NCBI GenBank assembly: GCA_964647665.1
Contig: CAZYIX010000003.1
Location: 10,742 to 74,741, forward strand
Direction of reading: 5' to 3'
Length of the DNA: 64,000 nt
DNA from: an uncultured Candidatus Poseidoniales archaeon
Lineage (GTDB): Archaea > Thermoplasmatota > Poseidoniia > Poseidoniales > Thalassarchaeaceae
Position numbers and translations under genes: made by a program. Of this stretch, positions 54,003-62,547 are shown piece after piece; within the stretch, counting starts at the first letter, position 1, and every line of letters starts with the position of its first letter. The notes beneath the pieces are model-generated. The model saw nothing but the letters and a program-made list of their open reading frames with translations. It ran no database searches and was not told where the DNA came from.

Positions 54003-55256
54003 TCAACTCCAAGCATAGCGCAGCAGCGCTGCGATTCCGCCAAACGCGGTATTCAGGGTCACACCTTCCTCAGTATCAGTGGAAATCAGTGTCACCTTAC
54101 TCGATGAATGTCCTGCTAACTGGGTCAATTCGTCGATGAGAGACTCGGTCGCATCCTCATTGGCCCTAACCTGATTGGCAGCAGCAGAACAGGACGCACA
54201 AGGCGGAATTTCTGAGAGCCTGTCGCCAGTCACCACCCATTCGTGATTGCACTGACGACATGAGTAGGATAGTCGTATCTTGCGCATACCCTCCGAGAGC
54301 AGCAGTGTGTCCACAGCACCTTGGTCAAGCGCAGCCCGCACCATCATCTCACCATAGGTGGCCTTGGGGTGCGCTTGCATCACTTCAGAGAGGAAGCGAT
54401 TGACTAAATTTCGTTCTGCATCCAACTCTATTTCATGCATCAAGCCGCCAGCCCGCTGCACCAATTCGCGCAGCCCAGATTCGTTTGAGTAGCCAACATC
54501 GAAGTGAGGGCTGCAGATGAGTTTCTTCACCTCGTGGTGGAAGTAGTCATTTTTCACGACGAAGTCCTTGGTAGCACCCGGACCGCCAATGATGATGCCC
54601 TTCATGTCACCAACCATTGGAAGCCAATACGAGTTTGCATGTTCGGTCGCTCGCTTGAAGAACTTGTGAGCCGCTTCTTCAATCAGCCTCTCGAATCGCT
54701 GGGCAGATTGCCCACCTTGCCGGTGCTTACCCATTATGTTCGACACCAATTGTTCCTGGCAGTGCACTCTCTTGCCGCTAGCAAGACCATAGGCTGCTTC
54801 TCCGCGGTCGATGACAAATAATCCGTAGCAGGTCTTGTCAATCAGCATGTCCTCCAACTGGCTGACCTCAAAAGTTGAGTCACACCGGTAGCGGAATGAC
54901 TGGAATGGCTCATGAGGTTCATCGAGGACCACTGTGACCATTCTTGTCTTGTTGTTGCCAATAATGACGTGGCCGGTGAAAATGGCGATACCGTTCTCTG
55001 GCATGTCCTTGTAGCGATTGAGAGTTGATACCGCAGATTCTATGGCATCGGAGACGTGTTTCTTGGTACTTTTCGACTTGATGTTCTGCGCTTGGCCCAA
55101 TTCTTGACCCAATTGTTGACGTACATCGTGAATTTGCCTATCAGGAGGGACAATCACCGTGACCAACTCGGTTCCCATGCCTCGCATTCCGGAGAGTTCT
55201 TCCAGCGCAGTCTTCGCCTTAAGCCGGCGCTGTTGCATCTCCAATTCATCAGACAT
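54003..55256 (-). CDS. prf1: peptide chain release factor aRF1
   Basis: NIKS motif (QAQNIKSKSTKKH), GGQ motif (HRQGGQSAQRFERL), and C-terminal zinc-ribbon-like insert CRQC...CASC. Start at 55256 (MSDELEMQQ). Confidence 0.9.
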   Translation of the reverse strand: MSDELEMQQRRLKAKTALEELSGMRGMGTELVTVIVPPDRQIHDVRQQLGQELGQAQNIKSKSTKKHVSDAIESAVSTLNRYKDMPENGIAIFTGHVIIGNNKTRMVTVVLDEPHEPFQSFRYRCDSTFEVSQLEDMLIDKTCYGLFVIDRGEAAYGLASGKRVHCQEQLVSNIMGKHRQGGQSAQRFERLIEEAAHKFFKRATEHANSYWLPMVGDMKGIIIGGPGATKDFVVKNDYFHHEVKKLICSPHFDVGYSNESGLRELVQRAGGLMHEIELDAERNLVNRFLSEVMQAHPKATYGEMMVRAALDQGAVDTLLLSEGMRKIRLSYSCRQCNHEWVVTGDRLSEIPPCASCSAAANQVRANEDATESLIDELTQLAGHSSSKVTLISTDTEEGVTLNTAFGGIAALLRYAWS

Positions 55257-55390
55257 TGAGGTTGCCTCCGAACACTCCGACCAACCGGCCCCCATCAATC
55301 CTTCCGCCGGCGAAGCCGGCGCGACGCACGCATTCGCACGCGAAAGGAAATCGCCGAAGGCGTCATGAGGCGAACGCGTTCAGCCGCTTC

Positions 55391-56098
55391 GTGTCAGCAC
55401 CAGTTATCGTCGCGCTTGGAGGCAGTCTTCTCGGACCTGATGTCGATACGGGACATTCTTGGCTTGCAGCACTCTGCGACTCATGTACTGAACTGATTGG
55501 CCGGGGAGGAAGACTCGGATTGGTCATCGGAGGAGGATTCCGAGCCCGCGAAGCGATTGCACAGGCCAAAGCGACAGTGAGCGACTTGGCTGAACTCGAT
55601 GAAATCGGCATCGCCGCCACCAGAGTCAATGCTTCCATCATCTCTCAGGCATTGGCTGAACGCAGATTGGACGTTTGTGGTTACACTCCGCTGACTTGGC
55701 ACGATGGTGCGGCTGCTTTGGAAGAACACTCGATTGTAGTGATGGGTGGCACTGTGCCCGGCCATACTACTGACAACGTCGCAATCCAGTTGGCAATCTG
55801 CTCCGGTGCCGAGCGCTGCATCATCGCCACCAACGTGACTCACGTATTCGATTCCGACCCGCGTAGCAACTCAAAAGCGCGAACTATAGAAGATATGACC
55901 CTCACTGAACTGCAGCAAATAGTCGGCCCTCCACAACACGGAAAGGCAGGCGGCTCAGGGGTCATCGACGCGATAGGAGTCGCCGCCGCCATCGATGCCA
56001 ACATGCCTCTAGCGGTACTCGATGGCAGAGACCCATCCCTACTCAGGTCAGCCATACTAGGCGGAACATTCACAGGGACCACCATACGGACGGGTTAG
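55391..56098 (+). CDS. pyrH: UMP kinase, archaeal type
   Basis: GTG start giving (M)SAPVIVALGGSLL. GGGFRAREAI, VVMGGTVPGHTTDNVAIQLA, and ATNVTHVFDSDP. The ORF-track N-terminal 45 aa are Pro/Arg-rich and overlap the aRF1 promoter region. Confidence 0.8.
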   Translation: MSAPVIVALGGSLLGPDVDTGHSWLAALCDSCTELIGRGGRLGLVIGGGFRAREAIAQAKATVSDLAELDEIGIAATRVNASIISQALAERRLDVCGYTPLTWHDGAAALEEHSIVVMGGTVPGHTTDNVAIQLAICSGAERCIIATNVTHVFDSDPRSNSKARTIEDMTLTELQQIVGPPQHGKAGGSGVIDAIGVAAAIDANMPLAVLDGRDPSLLRSAILGGTFTGTTIRTG

Positions 56099-56100
56099 TG

Positions 56101-56424
56101 ATGTCAAGACAAGATAGGCTGGCTGAGTCAGTTCGTGCCAACGCGGCTAAGGCCAAGTCATCCAAGAAAACCAAGAAGAAACCCGGCCCCGGTCTGCCTT
56201 CCACCACCGGCCATCCGCAATATGTCCCCCCACACATGCATTGCAAAATTTGCCAGGTTGCAGTCGGCATGGGTCGTGACCCGCCGGTATGTGATAGTGA
56301 GGAGTGTGTGAAAGAGTGGGATGACCGTGAGAAGCAACGGCGCAGAATTGGCTGGCTGCCGTGGATTGCACTTGGTGTTGTGGCAATCTCGTTCATTCTA
56401 CCAATGGTAATGACCAGAGCATGA
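56101..56424 (+). CDS. DUF2116-type zinc-ribbon protein with C-terminal TM
   Basis: HMHCKICQVAVGMGRDPPVCDSEEC matches the H.HC..CG......FCS.EC pattern of archaeal DUF2116. TM LPWIALGVVAISFILPMV. Confidence 0.6.
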   Translation: MSRQDRLAESVRANAAKAKSSKKTKKKPGPGLPSTTGHPQYVPPHMHCKICQVAVGMGRDPPVCDSEECVKEWDDREKQRRRIGWLPWIALGVVAISFILPMVMTRA

Positions 56425-56433
56425 AACTCATCT

Positions 56434-57036
56434 ATGACGACTGAGGTGGAATCTGTAATGATGGTCAGAATACTCTCGGTGCTTCCATTCACTGTTGGCT
56501 GTATCTGCGTCCTCTTGCTACTTGGTTCACTCATTGGATTCGCTTCAGGTGAAAGGGAAGATGAAATCCCTGCAATACCTTGTGTCGGGATCGATACGGC
56601 TGACTGTATGACTGGAATGTCAGAATCCGACCTTGAGGTCCCAACAGCCTTCTTCATGCTCGACGTGGAACTTGACATCACTTGGGACAGGGGGGATGAG
56701 GCTTGGATTGGAATCGTCGATGCATCTTACGCTGATACCTGCCCACCTGATGAGAACGGCCTGACCAACTGCACCGCTTCACAATACGAATTCATTGCGG
56801 GTGGGCCTGACACCACTGGCGAAATCAACCACGGACTTTCTCCCGGTGACCTGCGCTTTGTCACCGGCGGTCACGCCGGTGCGGCAACACTGGATGTCAA
56901 CAGTATCACCACCGAATGGTCAGTATCTCTGGCCTTCTGGTTCGAGGTGCTGCTGGCAATAACCGGAGTGCTGCTATGCCTGTCTGGAATGCACATGGCT
57001 TTCCCTGTACAGCCATTCTTCGGTAAGCGCGAGTGA
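56434..57036 (+). CDS. membrane protein (N- and C-terminal TM helices, extracytoplasmic acidic domain), unknown function
   Basis: 200-aa ORF with hydrophobic LSVLPFTVGCICVLLLLGSLIGF and LAFWFEVLLAITGVLLCLSGM. Confidence 0.5.
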   Translation: MTTEVESVMMVRILSVLPFTVGCICVLLLLGSLIGFASGEREDEIPAIPCVGIDTADCMTGMSESDLEVPTAFFMLDVELDITWDRGDEAWIGIVDASYADTCPPDENGLTNCTASQYEFIAGGPDTTGEINHGLSPGDLRFVTGGHAGAATLDVNSITTEWSVSLAFWFEVLLAITGVLLCLSGMHMAFPVQPFFGKRE

Positions 57037-57087
57037 GCCTGTTGATGAAGCGTCGCGTTCAAGAACCGAATGCGAATCGCACGAGAC

Positions 57088-57204
57088 ATGAGCAACTTCG
57101 CTTGCCAAGGATGTGGGGCTCCCATCGACCTTGCGGGTGTTGAACCTGCAATGACTGAACGCAAGGTGTTCTGCGTGGTCTGCGGCCACGTTTCTACGAT
57201 CTGA
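57088..57204 (+). CDS. possible 38-aa zinc-ribbon micro-protein (not in the ORF track)
   Basis: Hand translation gives MSNFACQGCGAPIDLAGVEPAMTERKVFCVVCGHVSTI*, with CxxC...CxxC. The 3' end overlaps the convergent GTPase gene by 11 nt. Confidence 0.3.
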   Translation: MSNFACQGCGAPIDLAGVEPAMTERKVFCVVCGHVSTI

Positions 57205-58345
57205 ATCGCAGTCTTTCTCTGTGCCAGTTGTCCGGTAAACTGAGCCGGTCTTGTGGTGCCTCTTTGCTGATTTTCTCGACAATCTCAAGGCGAAGTCTTT
57301 CGATTCCTACACCTTCAGTTCCAGATACTACTAGATGTCCGGTTGCTGGATTCCTCACCTCAGGAACAGGCAACTCATCTGCCCCCTCATCACCTGCTTC
57401 CTCTGCTGCCCGAAGCGCGTTTTCCATCTCCGTAGCATCTGCCCATTCATCGCTTGGTATATCGGTAATCAGGTCGCCTTTACCATCGATTACCAACAGC
57501 GGAGTTTGCGGGAGCAGAACGGCAACTTCGGCGAGCAGATTCTCCTGAGCCTCTCTGCTGGCGCCTCCAGCCTCAGAGGGGTCGAGTAGGAAAAGACAGA
57601 GATCTCCTGTGTGCTCAAGCGCTGCTATAGCCTGCATCTCAATCGGATTACGCTTCTCCATCGGCCTATCAAGCAAACCGGGAGTGTCGACCAATTGGTA
57701 GCGCAGACGTCGGTGAGTGAAATGTCCGACGTGCAATTGCTGAGTGGTGAACGGGTATGAGGCAATATCCGGCTTACCGCTGGAAATTGCTGTGATGAGC
57801 GCCGATTTACCGACATTGGGTGAACCTGCTACTACCACACAGGATTCGTGAGGAACAATTGATGGCAGGGCACGCAAGGTATCTCGCGCATCGTTGAGCC
57901 AGTTGAGTTCCTTCTCAATCCGGTGGACCACACTTGAAATTCTACCATAGGCCTCTCGTCGTGCATCGTGCATCGGCTGAATGTTGATCATTCGGCGCAA
58001 CTTCTTCGCATTCTGCGTACCGATTTCCTGCACTTTCCCTCCGGCCCAATGACATGCGCCCAAACAATGACGGTAATCATCAGAACCGACTGCGGCCTCA
58101 ACCATCGCTTGGTCGAATTGAGTCATCCTGTCAAGATTAGGCCAGCGGTATACCAACTCGACAAGTGCAGTCGAGAGAGTATCACCTGCTGACTGCACCA
58201 TTCGAATCATCTGTTTGCGCGTGCGATACATCTTGTCGGGATCTTCGACACCGGCAGCCGCCTTCTTGGCGCGAGTGAAGGCCTTGTCAAGCAACTCCTC
58301 ACCGGTCAAAACCGTCGGTAGAGTACGCCATTCTGATGCCGTCAT
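57194..58345 (-). CDS. Nog1-family GTP-binding protein (archaeal NOG1/MJ1464-like)
   Basis: G1 VAGSPNVGKS, G2 YPFTT, and G3 LVDTPGLLDRP. N-terminal NOG1_N-like LPTVLTGEELLDKAF. The start at 58345 is preferred over 58396. Confidence 0.8.
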   Translation of the reverse strand: MTASEWRTLPTVLTGEELLDKAFTRAKKAAAGVEDPDKMYRTRKQMIRMVQSAGDTLSTALVELVYRWPNLDRMTQFDQAMVEAAVGSDDYRHCLGACHWAGGKVQEIGTQNAKKLRRMINIQPMHDARREAYGRISSVVHRIEKELNWLNDARDTLRALPSIVPHESCVVVAGSPNVGKSALITAISSGKPDIASYPFTTQQLHVGHFTHRRLRYQLVDTPGLLDRPMEKRNPIEMQAIAALEHTGDLCLFLLDPSEAGGASREAQENLLAEVAVLLPQTPLLVIDGKGDLITDIPSDEWADATEMENALRAAEEAGDEGADELPVPEVRNPATGHLVVSGTEGVGIERLRLEIVEKISKEAPQDRLSLPDNWHRERLRFRS

Positions 58346-58548
58346 GCCATCACCTGCGACCCTTCGGCGGGGCGAGCCCCTATTCAAACCCGTCATCTGG
58401 ATAACATATCCAGCAAGGGCATGCGAAGGATTCTCTCAGTTGTAGGATATCGTGTGCTCGATTTCCATCATGTGCAGTTCGCGGCCACCGCTGTCGCCTT
58501 CCGCCTCGAAGTAGAGACGTTCCTGACACACAAGGGCCTAGGCCTTCA

Positions 58549-60294
58549 TCATGTAATTTGTTGGTTGGTATCGTACCTTACTCCATTAGTCCACGCTGTC
58601 TGGAACCACACCGAATTAGCAAAATCAGCATCGGTCACAGTTGCGAATTGAAATTCTGCAAACCTCAAGACGGCACCTCTAAGATGCGCATCAGTCAAGT
58701 CAGCAAACAAAAAGGTCGCAAACAACAGGTTCGTATTGTTGAGGTTCGCGTCTGTTAAATCTGCACTATCGAGGCTCGCACCACTCAAGTCAGCACTGCG
58801 GAGATCAGTGCCTATCAAGTCGGCGTTGAAGAGGTTGGCACCCTTCAGGACGGCGTCAATTAGGAGGGAACCACTCAAGTCGGCATGCGGAAGGTTCGCA
58901 TCTGTCAAGTCGGACCCCTCAAAGTCTGCGCCAGATAGGTCACTGAATCCAAGGTCAGCACCAACTAGCGTGGCATCCACCAAGTTCGCACCCAACAGGT
59001 CAGCAAACCCAAAATACGCACCTGTTAGGTCGGCATCCTCAAGGTAAACATAACTCATCTCGGCCTGGTAGAAGTTTGCTTTACTACAGTGAGTTGCTGC
59101 TGCATACGCACTTGTGATGTTCGAAAAAGAGAAGTCCGCACCAGAGAAGTCTGAATACAGCATGTTTGAGTTGCTCAAGTTGGCATACTTGAAATCAGCA
59201 TCTGTAAAGTCTGAACTCATGAGATTACTAAGCAGGATAGCAGAGTTGAAGTCCGCACCTGAAAAATCAGCATTCTCCAATATAGCATAAGTAAGGTTGG
59301 CCAAAACAAAAGATGCACCCCTCAGATTGGCACTATAGAGGGTTGAAGATGCCAAGTTAGCGGACCTGAAGTTCGTATCATAACCTGATGCACCCACAAG
59401 GACTGTGCTTGTCATCTCGGCCCCGTAGAAGTTTGTGCCATCCAAGACGGCACCTCTAAGATGCGCATCAGTCAAGTCAGCAAACAAAAAGGTCGCTTTT
59501 GTCAAGTCGGCGTTTATTAGGGATGCATCCGAGAAATTCGCGGGAGAAAAGTAACCAAAACCGTCAAAGAAGTTGAATTCGGAAAAAGAGAGGTCAGTCT
59601 CGTTCATTCCAGTTCCGCGAAACGTTGCGTTCCAAGCCTTGATTCCACGCATCATAGCGTAGTCAAGGGTTGCTGCATCGAGATTGGATTCCGAGAGGTT
59701 CGCGCCCCGCAGGTCAATCCCGGTTAGGTCCATCCCCGAGAGGTCCAAACCACTCAGGTCAGCGTTAACGCAGTAACCCCAAGCCGCTAGTTGGCAAGTT
59801 GTTGCATCAACCAAGTCTGCCTGTAACTGCATGATTGTCGCTTCATTAGCACTGATGTCTGCCTCCAGTTGAGCGATGTAAGCCATATCGGCGTCTTCGC
59901 CGGGTTCTCCAGCAGCACCGTCTGCACCATCAGCACCAGATGCCCCTTGTGCTCCGTCTGCACCATCATCTCCATCATTACCATCAGCACCTGCTGGTCC
60001 AGCCACTCCTGCTGGACCTGTCAGATTGACAAAGGCCCAACCTTCAGTGGTGCAGGTCTCAAATGCAGAAGTGGAGGCGACATAGTATAGTCGCCCTAGC
60101 GTGGCCGAGTTACAGGCCGGTAAGTCATCTCCACTCTCGACGTAGTAAACATCCCACTCGTCCTCCATCTGCTGGTTTTCGTCTGTTTCGTCCGGCAAAT
60201 CGGTGCCGGTTTCATCGTTACTCATTACCATGTATCCAACCACTGCTAGCAGCATCAGCATGACGAGCAGCGGGGCTATCGCTTCTTTGCGCAT
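58549..60294 (-). CDS. secreted/anchored protein: N-terminal TM, conserved 2-Cys module, 14 collagen-like G-X-Y triplets, coiled coil, long pentapeptide-repeat beta-helix
   Basis: MRKEAIAPLLVMLMLLAVVGYMV. GPAGVAGPAGADGNDGDDGADGAQGASGADGADGAAGEPGED. More than 60 A(D/N)LxG-type pentapeptides (ADLSGLDLSGMDLTGIDLRGANLSESNL...). Confidence 0.8.
   Translation of the reverse strand: MRKEAIAPLLVMLMLLAVVGYMVMSNDETGTDLPDETDENQQMEDEWDVYYVESGDDLPACNSATLGRLYYVASTSAFETCTTEGWAFVNLTGPAGVAGPAGADGNDGDDGADGAQGASGADGADGAAGEPGEDADMAYIAQLEADISANEATIMQLQADLVDATTCQLAAWGYCVNADLSGLDLSGMDLTGIDLRGANLSESNLDAATLDYAMMRGIKAWNATFRGTGMNETDLSFSEFNFFDGFGYFSPANFSDASLINADLTKATFLFADLTDAHLRGAVLDGTNFYGAEMTSTVLVGASGYDTNFRSANLASSTLYSANLRGASFVLANLTYAILENADFSGADFNSAILLSNLMSSDFTDADFKYANLSNSNMLYSDFSGADFSFSNITSAYAAATHCSKANFYQAEMSYVYLEDADLTGAYFGFADLLGANLVDATLVGADLGFSDLSGADFEGSDLTDANLPHADLSGSLLIDAVLKGANLFNADLIGTDLRSADLSGASLDSADLTDANLNNTNLLFATFLFADLTDAHLRGAVLRFAEFQFATVTDADFANSVWFQTAWTNGVRYDTNQQIT
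58667..58720. repeat. 54-bp exact direct repeat, copy 1 (inside the pentapeptide gene)
   Basis: caagacggcacctctaagatgcgcatcagtcaagtcagcaaacaaaaaggtcgc is identical to 59443-59496. It encodes ATFLFADLTDAHLRGAVL. Confidence 0.85.
59443..59496. repeat. 54-bp exact direct repeat, copy 2
   Basis: Identical to 58667-58720, 776 bp apart, in the same reading frame. Confidence 0.85.
59893..60018 (-). other. collagen-like G-X-Y tract (14 triplets) in the pentapeptide protein
   Basis: aa 93-134 are uninterrupted Gly-X-Y, followed by a heptad-like MAYIAQLEADISANEATIMQLQADL. Confidence 0.7.
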
Positions 60295-60311
60295 GGTGTG
60301 CGATGCTAATC

Positions 60312-60331
60312 GGCGATAATCAACGTTGCCG
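60312..60331 (-). promoter_or_regulatory. conserved promoter motif CGGCAACGTTGATTATCGCC (minus strand), 18 nt upstream of the ATG at 60294
   Basis: 19/20 identical to 62510-62529 at the same distance from the paralogous start codon. It contains the TATA-like TTGATTAT. Confidence 0.55.
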
Positions 60332-60353
60332 CGACAGAATCTGAGTCAAGTCA

Positions 60354-62492
60354 CTAGTTGTAGGTGATGCTATGCTCAATCTCCAACGTCCACAACTCAC
60401 AACCACTGCCGCCGTCAGTCGCATCGAAGTATAGACGCGAGCCAAACGACACGATGCTTCCGTGTTTGGCAATGTCAGAATGGCCACTGGCGTTGATGTC
60501 CGCCACCTGCCAAGTAGAGTCGTCGGTAGTCTCGAGCACCCACAGTTCACGGCCATTTATTCCATCGTCGGCATCGAAATAGATTCTTGTCCCAACCACA
60601 GTTAAGTCAGCGAGGTCACCGGGTCCAGAACTACCGGTGCTGTTGATGTCAGCCACCTGCCAAGTTGAATCAGTGGTGGTTTCATACGCCCACAACTCAC
60701 GACCACCTGTGGTAGTGTATGCATCGAAATAGAGTGTCGAATCGACTACAGCAAGACCTGCCCTGAAGCCGGGGTAGGAGCCACTGCTGCCGCCATAGAT
60801 GTCGACCACCCTCCAAGTGGAACCCGTCGTCGCATCATGCGCCCACAATTCACGTCCCGCGTTGGAATCAGATGCGTCGAAGTAGATCACCGAGCCAACT
60901 GATGTGAAACCGGCGTTTTCTCCGGGGTCAGAACCAAGGGGGCCGGCGTTGATGTCATACACCTGCCAAACTGAACTTCCTTGAGTGTCATGCGCCCACA
61001 ACTCTGTGCCGCTATTACCATCGTCAGCATCGAAGTAGAGCGTTGTACCCACCAGTGTAAGGCCTGAGTATCTACCTGGGAGCGAATCATCGGAACCGCT
61101 GTTGATGTCTGATACCTGCCATGTTGAGCCACCGACGGTGTCGTGAGCCCACAACTCGTAGCCAGTGGTTCCGTCGGTGGCGCTGAAATAGAGTGTAGTG
61201 CCGAACGCTTTGATACGCGTGTAGTAGCCGGGTGTTGAACCGTCTGGACCGCTGTTGATGTCTGCCACCAGCCAAGTTGAGCCATCAACGGTATCGTGCG
61301 CCCACAACTCATGACCACCGGTGTTAGTGAATGCATCGAAATAGAGCGTCGTGCCAACTGCGACAATCCCCCCCCAGTAGCCAATGGCAGAACCGTAATT
61401 GCCACTGTTGATGTCCGCAACTAGCCAAGCAGTGTCGTTGGTGGTCTCATAAGCCCACAGTTCGTTGCCATAGGTTCCAGTCCACGCATCGAAATACAGT
61501 GTGGTACCAATCGCAACCATACCAGCATATGCGCCAGGGAGAGAGCTGTAGAAACCTGCGTGAATATTCACCGCAATCGAGGTGGTGCCGGTCGTCATGT
61601 CGTGCGCCCACAACTCGGCCCCGTAAGTCGCGTCGCGAGCGTTGAAATACAGTGTGTTTCCAACCACCACAAAGCTGGTGGTAGAACCGGGAAGTGAGTC
61701 GGCGGTGCCGCTGTAGATATCGGCCAAGCGTGACACCACGTAGTTGCTGCAATAGGTGGTGGTATAGTCAATCTCGCCGTCCTCCAGAATGCTGTTCTGT
61801 GCAATACCGCCTCCGTCGCCGTTGTCCAGTCCCTGTTCCATGATGCGCCCTCCTGAAGAGCACGACTGCAAGGTCGGGGTCGAGATGCGGGTCAGCATCG
61901 TATCCTCGGATGCGCCCCCGCTAGTGCCATTCTGACCATCTTGGCCATCCTGACCATCAGAGCCATTGCAGACATATTGGGTCTGGTCAACTTCATTCCA
62001 GTCGAGTAAATTGTTGTCGTTGTCGTCCACTCCAACCTCGATCTTGATGCCGCCATTTACGCAGTTGCTACCCGGTGGTTCGTCCTCGGTCGTTGCCAAG
62101 GCACTGTGGCCGGTCGCGCCAGTCTCACCCGACTCACCCGGCTCACCCTGCTGCCCAGCCTCGCCATCCGACCCGTTGGTGCCGCCGGATTCAGATTGAC
62201 CTGCAAGATCGACGAATGCCCAACCTGTGCTGGTGCAAGTTTGGAAACCTGCTGCGGATTCGACATAGTATAGGCTGTTCATGCTGTCAGCATCGCAGTC
62301 GGGTAGGTCATCGTCGCTGGCGATGTAGTAGAGGCCCATTTCATCGTCAGTTTCCTGCTGTTCACCACCCTCATCCCCTTCATCTGGCGAGTTGGGGTCA
62401 GAACCAGCATATTTCACGAAAACAAAACCACCGGCAGCCATCAGCAGCAGCAGCACCACCACAAGAACGGGGACGAGCACACCCTTGCGCAT
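60354..62492 (-). CDS. secreted/anchored protein: N-terminal TM, same 2-Cys module, collagen-like G-X-Y tracts, about 10 ELWxxDGT-type beta-propeller repeats
   Basis: MRKGVLVPVLVVVLLLLMAAGG. GTNGSDGEAGQQGEPGESGETGATG. About 48-aa repeats of G.ELWAHDT..GSTW.VADINSG...S.PG.......VGTTLYFDA.D. The start at 62492 clears the upstream BNR gene; the ORF track extends to 62687. Confidence 0.8.
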   Translation of the reverse strand: MRKGVLVPVLVVVLLLLMAAGGFVFVKYAGSDPNSPDEGDEGGEQQETDDEMGLYYIASDDDLPDCDADSMNSLYYVESAAGFQTCTSTGWAFVDLAGQSESGGTNGSDGEAGQQGEPGESGETGATGHSALATTEDEPPGSNCVNGGIKIEVGVDDNDNNLLDWNEVDQTQYVCNGSDGQDGQDGQNGTSGGASEDTMLTRISTPTLQSCSSGGRIMEQGLDNGDGGGIAQNSILEDGEIDYTTTYCSNYVVSRLADIYSGTADSLPGSTTSFVVVGNTLYFNARDATYGAELWAHDMTTGTTSIAVNIHAGFYSSLPGAYAGMVAIGTTLYFDAWTGTYGNELWAYETTNDTAWLVADINSGNYGSAIGYWGGIVAVGTTLYFDAFTNTGGHELWAHDTVDGSTWLVADINSGPDGSTPGYYTRIKAFGTTLYFSATDGTTGYELWAHDTVGGSTWQVSDINSGSDDSLPGRYSGLTLVGTTLYFDADDGNSGTELWAHDTQGSSVWQVYDINAGPLGSDPGENAGFTSVGSVIYFDASDSNAGRELWAHDATTGSTWRVVDIYGGSSGSYPGFRAGLAVVDSTLYFDAYTTTGGRELWAYETTTDSTWQVADINSTGSSGPGDLADLTVVGTRIYFDADDGINGRELWVLETTDDSTWQVADINASGHSDIAKHGSIVSFGSRLYFDATDGGSGCELWTLEIEHSITYN

Positions 62493-62509
62493 GATGCTGG
62501 ATGTGAATA

Positions 62510-62529
62510 GGCGATAATCAACGTTACCG
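62510..62529 (-). promoter_or_regulatory. second copy of the conserved promoter motif (CGGTAACGTTGATTATCGCC), 18 nt upstream of the ATG at 62492
   Basis: See 60312-60331. The spacing to the start codon is identical. Confidence 0.55.
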
Positions 62530-62547
62530 AAGTATCGTTGAGGTGTG

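Noticed and set aside
54003-54043. An apparent 41-nt overlap between the aRF1 3' end and the ArgS 5' end, which could suggest recoding.
   Set aside because: An in-frame ATG at 53995 gives a normal ArgS N-terminus (MKALVVEV...) and removes the overlap. Nothing indicates frameshifting or readthrough.
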